64,000 bases of DNA, taken from Lachnospiraceae bacterium (GTDB lineage: Bacteria > Bacillota > Clostridia > Lachnospirales > Lachnospiraceae). Below, piece by piece: positions 1 through 8,412 of this stretch; within the stretch, counting starts at the first letter, position 1, and every line of letters starts with the position of its first letter. Position numbers and translations under genes: made by a program. Location of the stretch: NCBI GenBank assembly GCA_035270785.1, contig DATESN010000071.1:137-64136 (forward strand), read 5' to 3'. The notes beneath the pieces are model-generated. The model did no database searches, had not been told where the DNA came from, and was given only the letters and a program-made list of their open reading frames with translations.

Positions 1-1712
1 TGATCCTCGTTCCAGACTTTCAAACTCTTCCTTGTATTTAAACTTAAGAAACCAAGAATTCTGTCTTTACTTGCAACAGGGATGGCTATCATTGATTTAA
101 TATGCCACACCATCAACCCCTTACCTTCTACCTTGTCATTTATAAATTTTTCACTAATATTTGGTATATGAACAATTTCATTATTAAGAATTTGGGTTAC
201 TATAAATTGTTCAAGAATATTTGCACTATTTTCATGAATATCAAGGTCCATAATTTCACTATGATTCCATTGGTTTTTTTGCATAATTTCTTCCTTGTTT
301 TTCGCAATCACAGAAAGTGTGACGCAATCCACCTGGGAGCATTCTCCTATACATTCCAACATCTCATCTATTTTTTTATTTAAATTCGAGGCGGATGCAT
401 TCACAAATCCTGATGAAACATAGGAAATCATCTTTTGAAATTTAACTTGCGTTTCGGTTTCCGTTAATCTTTTAATATATATTTGATTTACAAAATAAGC
501 TAACCATAGTGTAATTAGCAAAATTCCAATCCTTGTTAGATGATCTGCTGAGCTAATAACTATTGTTCTTGTAGGGGCAAGAATCCACACAACAATTTGA
601 AGTATCAATATAAAGGTACTTGGCCAAATGAGCATTCCTTTTTTACTTGTTATTACTAATAGGAAAATAAAAATAAAAGAAACCGACCATACCGTAGTGC
701 TAGCTGAATCAATAAATTTAAATGTGATCATTGTCATGATAACCATCATGCAAAAGATAACAATGTAATCAATAAACTTTTCTTTTATCTTCAGTTGTAA
801 AATAAGTTGAATAAGGATTCCAACACCAAGCAGATAACTGCTAAATAATAAGGAAGGTTTCATTGGTTCATTTAATAGAAAAAACTGAATTGCAAAATTT
901 ATCATGCTTCCAAATACAAAAGAAATGGTTAAATTAAGATACAGTTTGCCTCGAGTAATTTCATCAAGTATCTTTCCGTCTTCTGCAACTGCCGCCTTCA
1001 TCTCAGGGAGCATCAACCTATATTTTCTAATGGCATAGAAAATACCCGTGATTGGTATTATTTGTAACGCTGGCGCCATTTGGGGAACGGCATCTACCAG
1101 ATAGATATTTGCGATCATATCCGTTAAGGTACCTATTGTCAGTGAACAAATAAAACAAACTATTAAAATTGAAGTTTGCTTTTTCATTTTTAAATCTTTT
1201 GATTGTAATCTGCAATGAATAAGAATAATAATTCCAGCAATGGTGAAACCCATATAATAAAAATTAAAATACCAATCTAAATAATTATTTACAGGTATAT
1301 TAGTCCACCCAGCAGTACTATGTATAAGATGATATTGACCAATTGCTACCTCTTTTATTATATTAAAAACAAAAATATTTATGATTGCAGGTAGATACAA
1401 AAATATGTAAATCCATTTTCTTTTTAATAGTCTATTTTTCTGTGTTAATATCAAAATAAAATGAAGTAAAAAACTGTATACCGTTCCCCAGCCAAAAGCG
1501 GCGATACGCCTCCATAGTAATGCCGTTTCATAATCCGGCGCAGAATTAGCTATGGAAAAAGAAAATGCCCAAATAGAAATGGAAAGACAACTAGCAAAGA
1601 AAATTCTATTGAGCATAGACCTTCCATTCAGCATCAGTATATAAACGCTAAAAAATACATAAATACTAAAGGCAATGAAATATATCATTGAAATTTGTTG
1701 GGGTAATGGCAT
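1..1712 (-). CDS. Membrane sensor protein with an N-terminal multi-TM (7TM-sensor-like) region followed by a GAF domain. Partial: the C-terminus lies beyond the window start
   Basis: Absent from the supplied ORF track because there is no stop inside the window. I translated the minus strand by hand from the ATG at 1712-1710 (SD AAGGAGAA about 7 nt upstream). It stays open for about 570 codons to position 1. The sequence starts MPLPQQISMIYFIAFSIYVFFSVYILMLNGRSMLNRIFFASCLSISIWAFSF and has about 9-10 hydrophobic spans. It then runs NSANILEQFIVTQILNNEIVHIPNISEKFINDKVEGKGLMVWHIKSMIAIPVASKDRILGFLSLNTRKSLKVWNEDQ, which is GAF-like. Confidence 0.75.
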   Translation of the reverse strand, partial: MPLPQQISMIYFIAFSIYVFFSVYILMLNGRSMLNRIFFASCLSISIWAFSFSIANSAPDYETALLWRRIAAFGWGTVYSFLLHFILILTQKNRLLKRKWIYIFLYLPAIINIFVFNIIKEVAIGQYHLIHSTAGWTNIPVNNYLDWYFNFYYMGFTIAGIIILIHCRLQSKDLKMKKQTSILIVCFICSLTIGTLTDMIANIYLVDAVPQMAPALQIIPITGIFYAIRKYRLMLPEMKAAVAEDGKILDEITRGKLYLNLTISFVFGSMINFAIQFFLLNEPMKPSLLFSSYLLGVGILIQLILQLKIKEKFIDYIVIFCMMVIMTMITFKFIDSASTTVWSVSFIFIFLLVITSKKGMLIWPSTFILILQIVVWILAPTRTIVISSADHLTRIGILLITLWLAYFVNQIYIKRLTETETQVKFQKMISYVSSGFVNASASNLNKKIDEMLECIGECSQVDCVTLSVIAKNKEEIMQKNQWNHSEIMDLDIHENSANILEQFIVTQILNNEIVHIPNISEKFINDKVEGKGLMVWHIKSMIAIPVASKDRILGFLSLNTRKSLKVWNED

Positions 1713-1806
1713 ATAGTTATTCTCCTTTGTAGGTTGATTTGATTCCTCTTGATGATTGAATTGTCTTGCCAAATTGTAGATATCTTTTATTTATTTCACT
1801 CATTTC

Positions 1807-2724
1807 TTAAGGAAGCTTATTTCCAGCAGCAATATATATTTGATACCATTCTTCACGGGTAAGATATAACTCCGATGCCAAACATATTTCGGTTAAACGA
1901 TTTGGATTCATTGTTCCAACAACTGGCTGCATATTAGCTGGATGTCTTAAGATCCAAGCAGTTGCAATGGTTGTATTCGAAACACTATATTTTTCTGCTA
2001 TTTGATTTATTTTTTTATTTAATTCTGGAAACTTTTCATTGTTCAAAAATACTCCTTCAAAGAAGCCATACTGAAATGGTGACCATGGTTGTATGGTAAT
2101 ATCATTTAATCGGCAGAAATCCAAAATACTTCCATCGCGATCAACTGCATTATCGGTCATCATATTTACTTCCAAACCATTTCCAATCATATGTGTATTG
2201 GTAATACTAAATTGAAGTTGATTTGCAACAAGGGGTTGTCTTACACACTTTTGCAATAATTGAATTTGCATAGGTTTCTGATTTGATACACCAAAATGGC
2301 GAACCTTGCCCGATTTTTCTAATTCATCAAAGGCAGACGCAACTTCTTCTGGTTCTACTAATGCGTCTGGTCTATGAAGTAATAAAACATCAAGATATTC
2401 CGTTTGTAGTCTTTTTAAAATACCATCAACAGAGTTTAAAATGTGTTTCTTAGAAAAATCAAACATTCCTGGCCTTATACCGCATTTTGATTGAAGAATT
2501 ATCTTGTCCCTTACATCGCTAGACATATGAATAGCATCCGCAAATATCTTTTCACATTCACTAGCTCCGTAAATATCTGCATGGTCAAAAAAGTTTGCCC
2601 CTAACTCTAGTGCTTTTTGAACAAATTCTTCTGCTTTTTTATGATCAATATCGTTAATCCGCATACATCCTACAGCAATATTGGGTACTTGAAGATTACT
2701 TTTACCTAGTTCTATTTTTTTCAT
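1807..2724 (-). CDS. Aldo/keto reductase family oxidoreductase
   Basis: 305 aa ORF with AKR-like motifs GANFFDHADIYG and LLLHRPD. SD AGGAGGAA precedes the ATG. Confidence 0.85.
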   Translation of the reverse strand: MKKIELGKSNLQVPNIAVGCMRINDIDHKKAEEFVQKALELGANFFDHADIYGASECEKIFADAIHMSSDVRDKIILQSKCGIRPGMFDFSKKHILNSVDGILKRLQTEYLDVLLLHRPDALVEPEEVASAFDELEKSGKVRHFGVSNQKPMQIQLLQKCVRQPLVANQLQFSITNTHMIGNGLEVNMMTDNAVDRDGSILDFCRLNDITIQPWSPFQYGFFEGVFLNNEKFPELNKKINQIAEKYSVSNTTIATAWILRHPANMQPVVGTMNPNRLTEICLASELYLTREEWYQIYIAAGNKLP

Positions 2725-2866
2725 TTCATTTCCTCCTGTTAACTTTTGGTAGAATCGATTGTTTATTACCTTTTCTCTATTGTTACCAATCTATAGTAAT
2801 TAATTATAACAAAATTAACAGGGTTATGAAACATAAAATGAATAAAAAACATATCTTTTTATACCA

Positions 2867-3610
2867 TTATCCAAGGATTGCAACATATTGAAGAAATAAT
2901 TGAAACGATGTTTGATCCCACATTAAAACATTTTGTACATACCCCAGAGCATCTGCATTATATCTTCCCGCAATCTTTTGAAATGCAAATAGCTCATATA
3001 CTCCGTTTGAATCAATGTCTACTGGGTATAAAGCACTTAATGGATTCATAAACCCGGTAATTGGGGCTTTAAGTTTTCCATCTTTATCATATATTTCATT
3101 TAAATAATCCGTATCTCTCAACGATAGATCGATGATATAATTTGCACTATTTGCATCACTAATTACTTCAACCTTATAATTATCCTTATAAGTAATATTA
3201 TATTGGAATATGTCATTATATTTATCTGAATCAAATAACATTTTAGGTATATTTTGCACAAATGAGTAAAGATAATCATATGTGATTGCCCCACTACCAC
3301 CAGAATCTATGCGAATTAATATATCCTCTACTTTATCTCCATTAAAATCTCCCAGAAATAATGTAGGATTATACCCTGCATTATTATTTAGCTTAACACT
3401 TTCACTTCTACCTGTCCTTCCATCCTGTATGACTAGAGTAATGTTTTGTATAAATGGAGAATCCGTTGATTTCCTCCCTACCAAATATACATTATCAATC
3501 ACACCATCCCCAGTTACATCACCTTGTGCAAATGAAGCAATAAAATAGTTGGCTTGATTTATATTCGCATTTGTATTTGTATTTGTATTTGTATTTGTAT
3601 TTGTATTCAT
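2867..3610 (-). CDS. FG-GAP/VCBS-repeat-like protein with an N-terminal (Thr-Asn)n tract; function unknown
   Basis: 247 aa. Three Ca-binding-loop-like repeats: GDVTGDGVIDNVYL, GDFNGDKVEDILI and DIDSNGVYELF. No signal peptide is evident. SD GAGGAA lies upstream of the ATG. Confidence 0.6.
   Translation of the reverse strand: MNTNTNTNTNTNTNANINQANYFIASFAQGDVTGDGVIDNVYLVGRKSTDSPFIQNITLVIQDGRTGRSESVKLNNNAGYNPTLFLGDFNGDKVEDILIRIDSGGSGAITYDYLYSFVQNIPKMLFDSDKYNDIFQYNITYKDNYKVEVISDANSANYIIDLSLRDTDYLNEIYDKDGKLKAPITGFMNPLSALYPVDIDSNGVYELFAFQKIAGRYNADALGYVQNVLMWDQTSFQLFLQYVAILG
3569..3604. repeat. Perfect hexanucleotide microsatellite, (ATTTGT)6 on plus = (ACAAAT)6 on the coding strand
   Basis: Six perfect tandem 6-nt units were read directly. 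They lie at codons 2-14 of the 2867..3610 gene and encode NTNTNTNTNTNT. Confidence 0.95.
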
Positions 3611-3725
3611 TTTATTTCCTCTGAAATTTATGATCCTGTTGCTGTATCATATTCTGAGCACGAGATATTTGCTATTCATTTGATGCAATGTAGGTTGTTT
3701 TTTAAACATCTCAAGTGAAATCATT

Positions 3726-3757
3726 AAAAAAGGATTACTCTTTTTGGAATAATCCTT
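3726..3757 (-). terminator. Candidate rho-independent terminator
   Basis: 8-bp stem AAGGATTA/TAATCCTT with a 12-nt loop, followed on the minus strand by a T-run. Confidence 0.4.
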
Positions 3758-3817
3758 TACTTAATATTTTATTATTATTCTGCCTGTATCAATTAACTAT
3801 ATTCTCGGCATGAAAAT

Positions 3818-3838
3818 AAGCCTTGAAATTCAAGGCTT
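3818..3838 (-). terminator. Candidate terminator hairpin downstream of the DprA-like gene
   Basis: Near-perfect palindrome AAGCCTTGAA-A-TTCAAGGCTT. A T-rich tract (TATTTTCAT) follows on the minus strand. Confidence 0.45.
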
Positions 3839-3977
3839 TGAAAGATTACAACAAATTTGTTACATAACTTACACTGTTTTTTTTCAATAACTTAAGTGTA
3901 GAATATTAATAGTGGCTGAACCCCTAATATATATGTATAAAACAATATTTTATCTAAATCAAAAATATGTCTAATTA

Positions 3978-4928
3978 TCACAAATCAAAAATAGTCATTT
4001 GTTTGTTGTTAACATAGTTCCAATTCTCAATTAACGCCGGATCTTTTAATGATTTTATCTGATTTATCGAATCTGATTGCAAAATTTTAACTTTATTTAT
4101 ACTTATATGATCAGCCAGATCTTTATTTAATCCAAACCTCTTATTATTCTCATCTGTTTTAGAATTATACATAACATATCTTTCAATTTCATATTTTCTG
4201 GCTGCCTCCATTGCGTGACGTGATCCGCTATCTCCTTCGTCCTTCCTATAACTAGCCACTAACACTATTGCTTTTGCGAACATTGCCTGTAATCTGTCTC
4301 TCTCAATAAATCGATTAATTGCTTCACTTCTTGATGAAGAATCTCTGTAGTATTCCGATAATAGCAATCCTCCTTTATTTACTATTTCTTCAGCCAGCTT
4401 ACGATTTTTTGCTGGATAAACTTTACTTATTTGTGACGGTAGAATTGCAATTGTTTTACCATTCAATTCCAAAGAGGATTTATGTGCAATCGTATCGCAG
4501 CCCAATGCCAATCCACTAACTATTATTATATCATTCTCTACGAGTCTCTTTACCACATCCGCTTCTCTTTTAACTATTTCCTCTTCTGGGTCGACCAGTC
4601 CAATAACTGCTACATTTTTGTTTAAATCACTTAGTAATGACAAATCACCTTTATAAAATAATAAATAGGGTTTATCACTATTATTTTTTACTTTGTAGTT
4701 AAGAACTGGAAACTCTTTATCATAAACACATATGATTCCTTCTTCACTTTCATATGAATTAAATTCGTTAGATATCCTTGTTAAAGTCTTAGTAAAAATA
4801 TTATCTTCTAATATTCTCTCTTCAAATATCACCTTATTTTCAAAGTTTACCCAAAATTGAGCATTAGATTTAATAATCCCACATTCTTTTGCTGCTAAAA
4901 CTTTTAATGCTATTTCTGAATATTTCAT
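3978..4928 (-). CDS. DprA/Smf-like (SLOG/Rossmann) protein, a diverged paralog; candidate ShosA-like component
   Basis: 316 aa. DprA hallmark blocks are present: LLFYKGDLSLLSDLNKNVAVIG, IIVSGLALGCDTIAHKSSLELNGKTIAILPSQISKVYPAKNRKLAEEIVNKGGLLLSEY and RFIERDRLQAMFAKAIVLVAS...DSGSRHAMEAARKY. The SD AAGGAGGG sits inside the end of the upstream gene. The ATG shares one base with the upstream TAA (TAATG at 4926-4930). Confidence 0.75.
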   Translation of the reverse strand: MKYSEIALKVLAAKECGIIKSNAQFWVNFENKVIFEERILEDNIFTKTLTRISNEFNSYESEEGIICVYDKEFPVLNYKVKNNSDKPYLLFYKGDLSLLSDLNKNVAVIGLVDPEEEIVKREADVVKRLVENDIIIVSGLALGCDTIAHKSSLELNGKTIAILPSQISKVYPAKNRKLAEEIVNKGGLLLSEYYRDSSSRSEAINRFIERDRLQAMFAKAIVLVASYRKDEGDSGSRHAMEAARKYEIERYVMYNSKTDENNKRFGLNKDLADHISINKVKILQSDSINQIKSLKDPALIENWNYVNNKQMTIFDL

Positions 4929-5545
4929 TAGACCCTCCTTGTGTACCCAATTGAATAAAAAATAACACTCCTTGCTCCATTATTTAATAGTGCCTGGATG
5001 CAGTCTTCATCAATATTTACATTCTTTGTATATATATCATCAACAAGTATAATATTTTGATTCATTAATTTGTTTCTATATATTTCACAGGTGGCAACTG
5101 CGATTCCTGGATATGGGGCGTCACCATCATTAGGAATATTAGCTGCAGTTCGCAAATGGGTAGTTTTAGTGTTTTCTACTCTTCTAATTAATTCTGTTCC
5201 ATCAACAGCTCCGCGAATATTATTAGCTGCAATACTAATTGCTTCTTTCAACATTTGCTGTGTAGCAACATATGTATTCAATGCCCTTGCCCTTGGGACG
5301 CAAACGCATAAACAATTTGTTATATTGTTTTCACTCATAATTTGGGGAATATCTTGCATTAAAATATCTATGACATCTTCTCTTGCACCTATTAAAACAC
5401 TTTGTTTCTCCGTGTCAAAAGTGTTTTTTAAAATATTTAGAAAATCCGGATTATTTGGTTGTCTAAACCCTGTATAATATTGGTGAAAATACCCGGTAAT
5501 TCTTTCACTTAGAAAAAGATTTGGAACAATTTTAAAACTTTCCAT
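4928..5545 (-). CDS. Phosphoribosyltransferase-fold (ComF-like) protein with a degenerate PRPP loop; candidate ShosT-like component
   Basis: 205 aa. The C-terminal block NIILVDDIYTKNVNIDEDCIQALLNNGARSVIFYSIGYT matches the PRTase signature (hydrophobic-VDD-x-x-TTG-x-T), but with KN in place of TG. The central block CLCVCVPRARALN is ComF-like. There is no N-terminal 4-Cys finger. A strong SD GGGGGAGG lies 8 nt upstream of the ATG. Confidence 0.65.
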   Translation of the reverse strand: MESFKIVPNLFLSERITGYFHQYYTGFRQPNNPDFLNILKNTFDTEKQSVLIGAREDVIDILMQDIPQIMSENNITNCLCVCVPRARALNTYVATQQMLKEAISIAANNIRGAVDGTELIRRVENTKTTHLRTAANIPNDGDAPYPGIAVATCEIYRNKLMNQNIILVDDIYTKNVNIDEDCIQALLNNGARSVIFYSIGYTRRV

Positions 5546-5717
5546 CTTGATTTTCCTCCCCCTTGCTATCCGAGTTGTCTTGCCAATTGGAACACATTTT
5601 TGTATGCTCTAATTCCTCACTAGCAAGATTCTCTTTTTTGTTATTGTTACCATTCAATAAGTCGTTTTGAGTGCTCATTTTTATCAGCCCTTTCTTCTTA
5701 TTGAATTTAATTTGTTG

Positions 5718-6097
5718 CTAACTTACCTGCTTCCTCAAATTCTTATATCGCTTTTTTGTATCCGATACCGAATAATCAGCAAGTCCTTTTAATACAAACG
5801 TAATCTTATATGGATCTGATATTCCATCTTTATTTATTTCGCCAATAATTACTTTCTTTACAACACTCTCAAATACAGAACGATCGAATTTATCCAATAT
5901 CTTAACTTCTGAAATTCGTGATCTTAATTCTTTCATTCTCTTGCCGATATCTTTCTTTGCATCAACATTTGATGTTAGAATCTTTTATTCCTGCCTAACA
6001 TGATTGATTTTCTGTGTATACTCTTCATATCTCTCATCATAAGCCTCTTTTAAGATTTTACAATCAAGTAACATATCGGTCAATTTCTTTCGCTTTG
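5718..6097 (-). pseudogene. C-terminal remnant of a large serine recombinase, interrupted by an in-frame TAA
   Basis: The reading frame gives ...[105 protein letters not shown].... This is a coiled-coil plus C-terminal tail typical of clostridial large serine recombinases. The catalytic N-terminal domain is missing. The stop at 5985-5987 is in frame. Confidence 0.55.
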
Positions 6098-6435
6098 CTT
6101 CCATTGCTGCAACGGCACCTGTGATTGATGCTGATGACGAAGAGATTGCACAGGCCATTTCTGTTGTTTTTTTATTCAATGTTATTGATGCTATCATTTT
6201 CCCCACATTAGGATCTATGCTTGGTCTTTCTAATTTTGGCTTTGGTCTATTTGCTGGCACTGCTATAAATGATACTTCTTCTGTTACTGCAGCAGCCTCA
6301 ACCTGGGATACATTACACGGAACAAATGGAATGGTATTAGAATATGCAACCATTGTAAAACTAACCCGAACCTTGGCCATTATTCCGATTACTTTAGTTC
6401 TCTCATTTCTTCGAATTCGAAATGAAAAGAAATAA
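6094..6435 (+). pseudogene. Internal fragment of a YeiH/UPF0324-family membrane protein
   Basis: The sequence [67 protein letters not shown]...[16 protein letters not shown] matches the conserved core of YeiH-type proteins. Only about 110 aa are present, flanked by unrelated fragments on the opposite strand. Confidence 0.6.
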
Positions 6436-7205
6436 ATATTATCTTTTTGAAACTTATATTTTCATACCAATCGTTGAATTCCTCTATGGTATCTGCTTGA
6501 AAAAATTTATAATATTTAAACACATCAGCCGTACTCATGAAAATCTCAGAATAAAATACTGCAATTACTTCATATTCTCGTTTTTCTTATAAACTATCAA
6601 AACAAATGATTGCATGATTTGCCTCATAGTTTTGATCTGCGTACTTCTTTAATCCTTCAAACATGAAACTGGATTTCATGGTATGACCATGAATAATCAA
6701 ATTTGTGGATGGTGGCGTAGCACCAATTTCTGTATAATTATATTCTTGTAGGCCATTTCCTACATCTGAATCTGTAACTAATATTAAATTACAATTGCTA
6801 TTTTGCTCTTTATTAAAATCAAATGACAGATAATAATCTTCCTCACCCAGTGTCTGCATAACTGGATAATCTATTACGGTATCTTCAATTTTAAGCCACC
6901 CTACTAAATCCGAATTTTGTTCATAAAAAGATTCATATTCTGGTAATATTTTTACTGTTAGCAACAATGAAATATCTGTCTTGTCATTTTTTTTTATATT
7001 TTCTATTTTTTTTTTTGCTGTATCAAATCCAACTGTTTTTTCATTTTACTATGATTAATCCCTTTTTAAATAAATACTACTTATTAAAATGCTCAAAATA
7101 AAACAAATTCCTACTAGGATTTCAAACAACAAATGCTTGAAAAAAGTTGTCTTTCGACACCCCTTTAATTTATTTTTTTTATCGTTCTTAAATTTTTGAA
7201 TCTTT
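6436..7205 (-). pseudogene. Class B sortase pseudogene
   Basis: One frame reads as follows. First a TM anchor, FFKHLLFEILVGICFILSILISSIYLKRD, followed by TAA-TCA-TAG-TAA. Then ...NSDLVGWLKIEDTVIDYPVMQTLGEEDYYLSFDF...IIHGHTMKSSFMFEGLKKY...ICFDSL, followed by TAA. Then EKREYEVIAVFYSEIF...EEFNDWYENISF. I found no start codon and no TLxTC catalytic-Cys segment. The fragment ends against the YeiH fragment. Confidence 0.65.
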
Positions 7206-7214
7206 TTTATCTCA

Positions 7215-8348
7215 TTACATTTCAATGGTTGTCCCTTCCGGTATGTTTTCTATCAACCAATACAAATCGTCCTGTGAAACTCTAACGCAACCAGATGTAT
7301 GCTCATCATGCAATGATATAGATTCTTTTTCTCGAAAATCATCAGCATTGGCATCCATCAAATATATGTCACTATGAATAAAATAATCTTCAAATACAAC
7401 AAGATATCCATAGAATTTTACCTGTTCAAAGTCAGGATGATATGTACTAATATATTCAGTTGACGACACTTTTTCTATGTTAAAAATTCCTGCCGGAGTC
7501 AGTGTCTTTCCATCACCGCCGAATATGCAAGGCATACTCCTTGCAAACTCATACATAACATAATCAGATGCATCAAAGTCTTTTCTGATTGGATAATTAT
7601 CCCAAAGTACTTTTGTATCCGTTTTTTCATAAATTTCCAAGCAACTAGATTTTCTGTTAAGCTTAAGATAGTATCGATTATCTATTCTTTTATTGAGAAT
7701 TCTACTTGCAACTATATACATTCCCTTTATTATTATTTCAACTTTTATTCTACAGCTCTCAAGACATTTATTCCATTCAGCTATTCCTTCTTTATGTCCT
7801 TTTTTCTTGTAATTGATGGCTTCATTATATACTTCTTCTACATAACCACCAGTTATAATATTATCATCTTGAGCTACTTCAATTAACCACAGCCACAATT
7901 CTGGACATGTAATTGATCTATTAAAAATATTAGCAGTAGGTTTGCTTTTCCCTTTTCGCATATCTTCTAGTTCATATTGAGCGCAATATGATACAAGAAA
8001 ATGCCATTTTTGATTTGGTTCTCCAACCGATTTATCATCTTTAACACAACATATAAAGCTCTCATCAAGTTCTTCAAGAGAATAAACCTTACCTAACTTG
8101 CCTTGCTCTATCAATTTTCTCATTTCGATAATATTTTCCAGATGCCCATCTTTTTTCTTCTTAATTACGTCTTCAAGTTCTTCAATAGATTTGTCGTTGG
8201 TTAATATAAATTTATTAGCGAATACAATATAACCTCCTTCTTCTTGCCGGTATTTACTCATAAACTCTTTTGTATAAGGGGGAGTTGGTTCTTTCTTTTT
8301 ATAGAAATTAATTGCCTTAATCGTTAAAGTATCAAATTTCTTGTACAA
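7215..8348 (-). CDS. Protein with an unknown N-terminal domain (about 210 aa) and a C-terminal YkuD-type L,D-transpeptidase domain; no signal peptide or TM
   Basis: 377 aa with a TTG start and SD GGAGG. The C-terminal region carries GKTLTPAGIFNIEKV...YFIHSD...HTSGCVRVSQDDLYWLIENIPEGTTIEM, which matches the YkuD His/Cys catalytic pattern (SHGCIR-like). Confidence 0.65.
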   Translation of the reverse strand: MYKKFDTLTIKAINFYKKKEPTPPYTKEFMSKYRQEEGGYIVFANKFILTNDKSIEELEDVIKKKKDGHLENIIEMRKLIEQGKLGKVYSLEELDESFICCVKDDKSVGEPNQKWHFLVSYCAQYELEDMRKGKSKPTANIFNRSITCPELWLWLIEVAQDDNIITGGYVEEVYNEAINYKKKGHKEGIAEWNKCLESCRIKVEIIIKGMYIVASRILNKRIDNRYYLKLNRKSSCLEIYEKTDTKVLWDNYPIRKDFDASDYVMYEFARSMPCIFGGDGKTLTPAGIFNIEKVSSTEYISTYHPDFEQVKFYGYLVVFEDYFIHSDIYLMDANADDFREKESISLHDEHTSGCVRVSQDDLYWLIENIPEGTTIEM

Positions 8349-8412
8349 TTTAAAACCTCCATAATAATATTTTTACTCACCTTTTATTTAGACATCAGCA
8401 AATATTTATTAA

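Noticed and set aside
5070-5477. 135-aa hydrophobic ORF antisense to the PRTase-like gene
   Set aside because: It has no SD and lies entirely inside a gene with recognisable PRTase motifs and a strong SD. I treat it as an AT-rich antisense artefact. It would only be worth revisiting if transcript data showed antisense expression.
6121-6435. 104-aa plus-strand ORF as an intact small membrane protein gene
   Set aside because: The sequence corresponds to the middle third of YeiH-family proteins and lacks both ends. The GTG start has no SD, so I annotated it as a fragment.
5985-7060. In-frame TAA/TAG codons as possible recoding or an alternative genetic code
   Set aside because: All three stop codons terminate well-conserved housekeeping genes at the expected positions elsewhere in the window. 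The interrupted genes also lack start codons or catalytic segments, so pseudogenisation is the simpler explanation.
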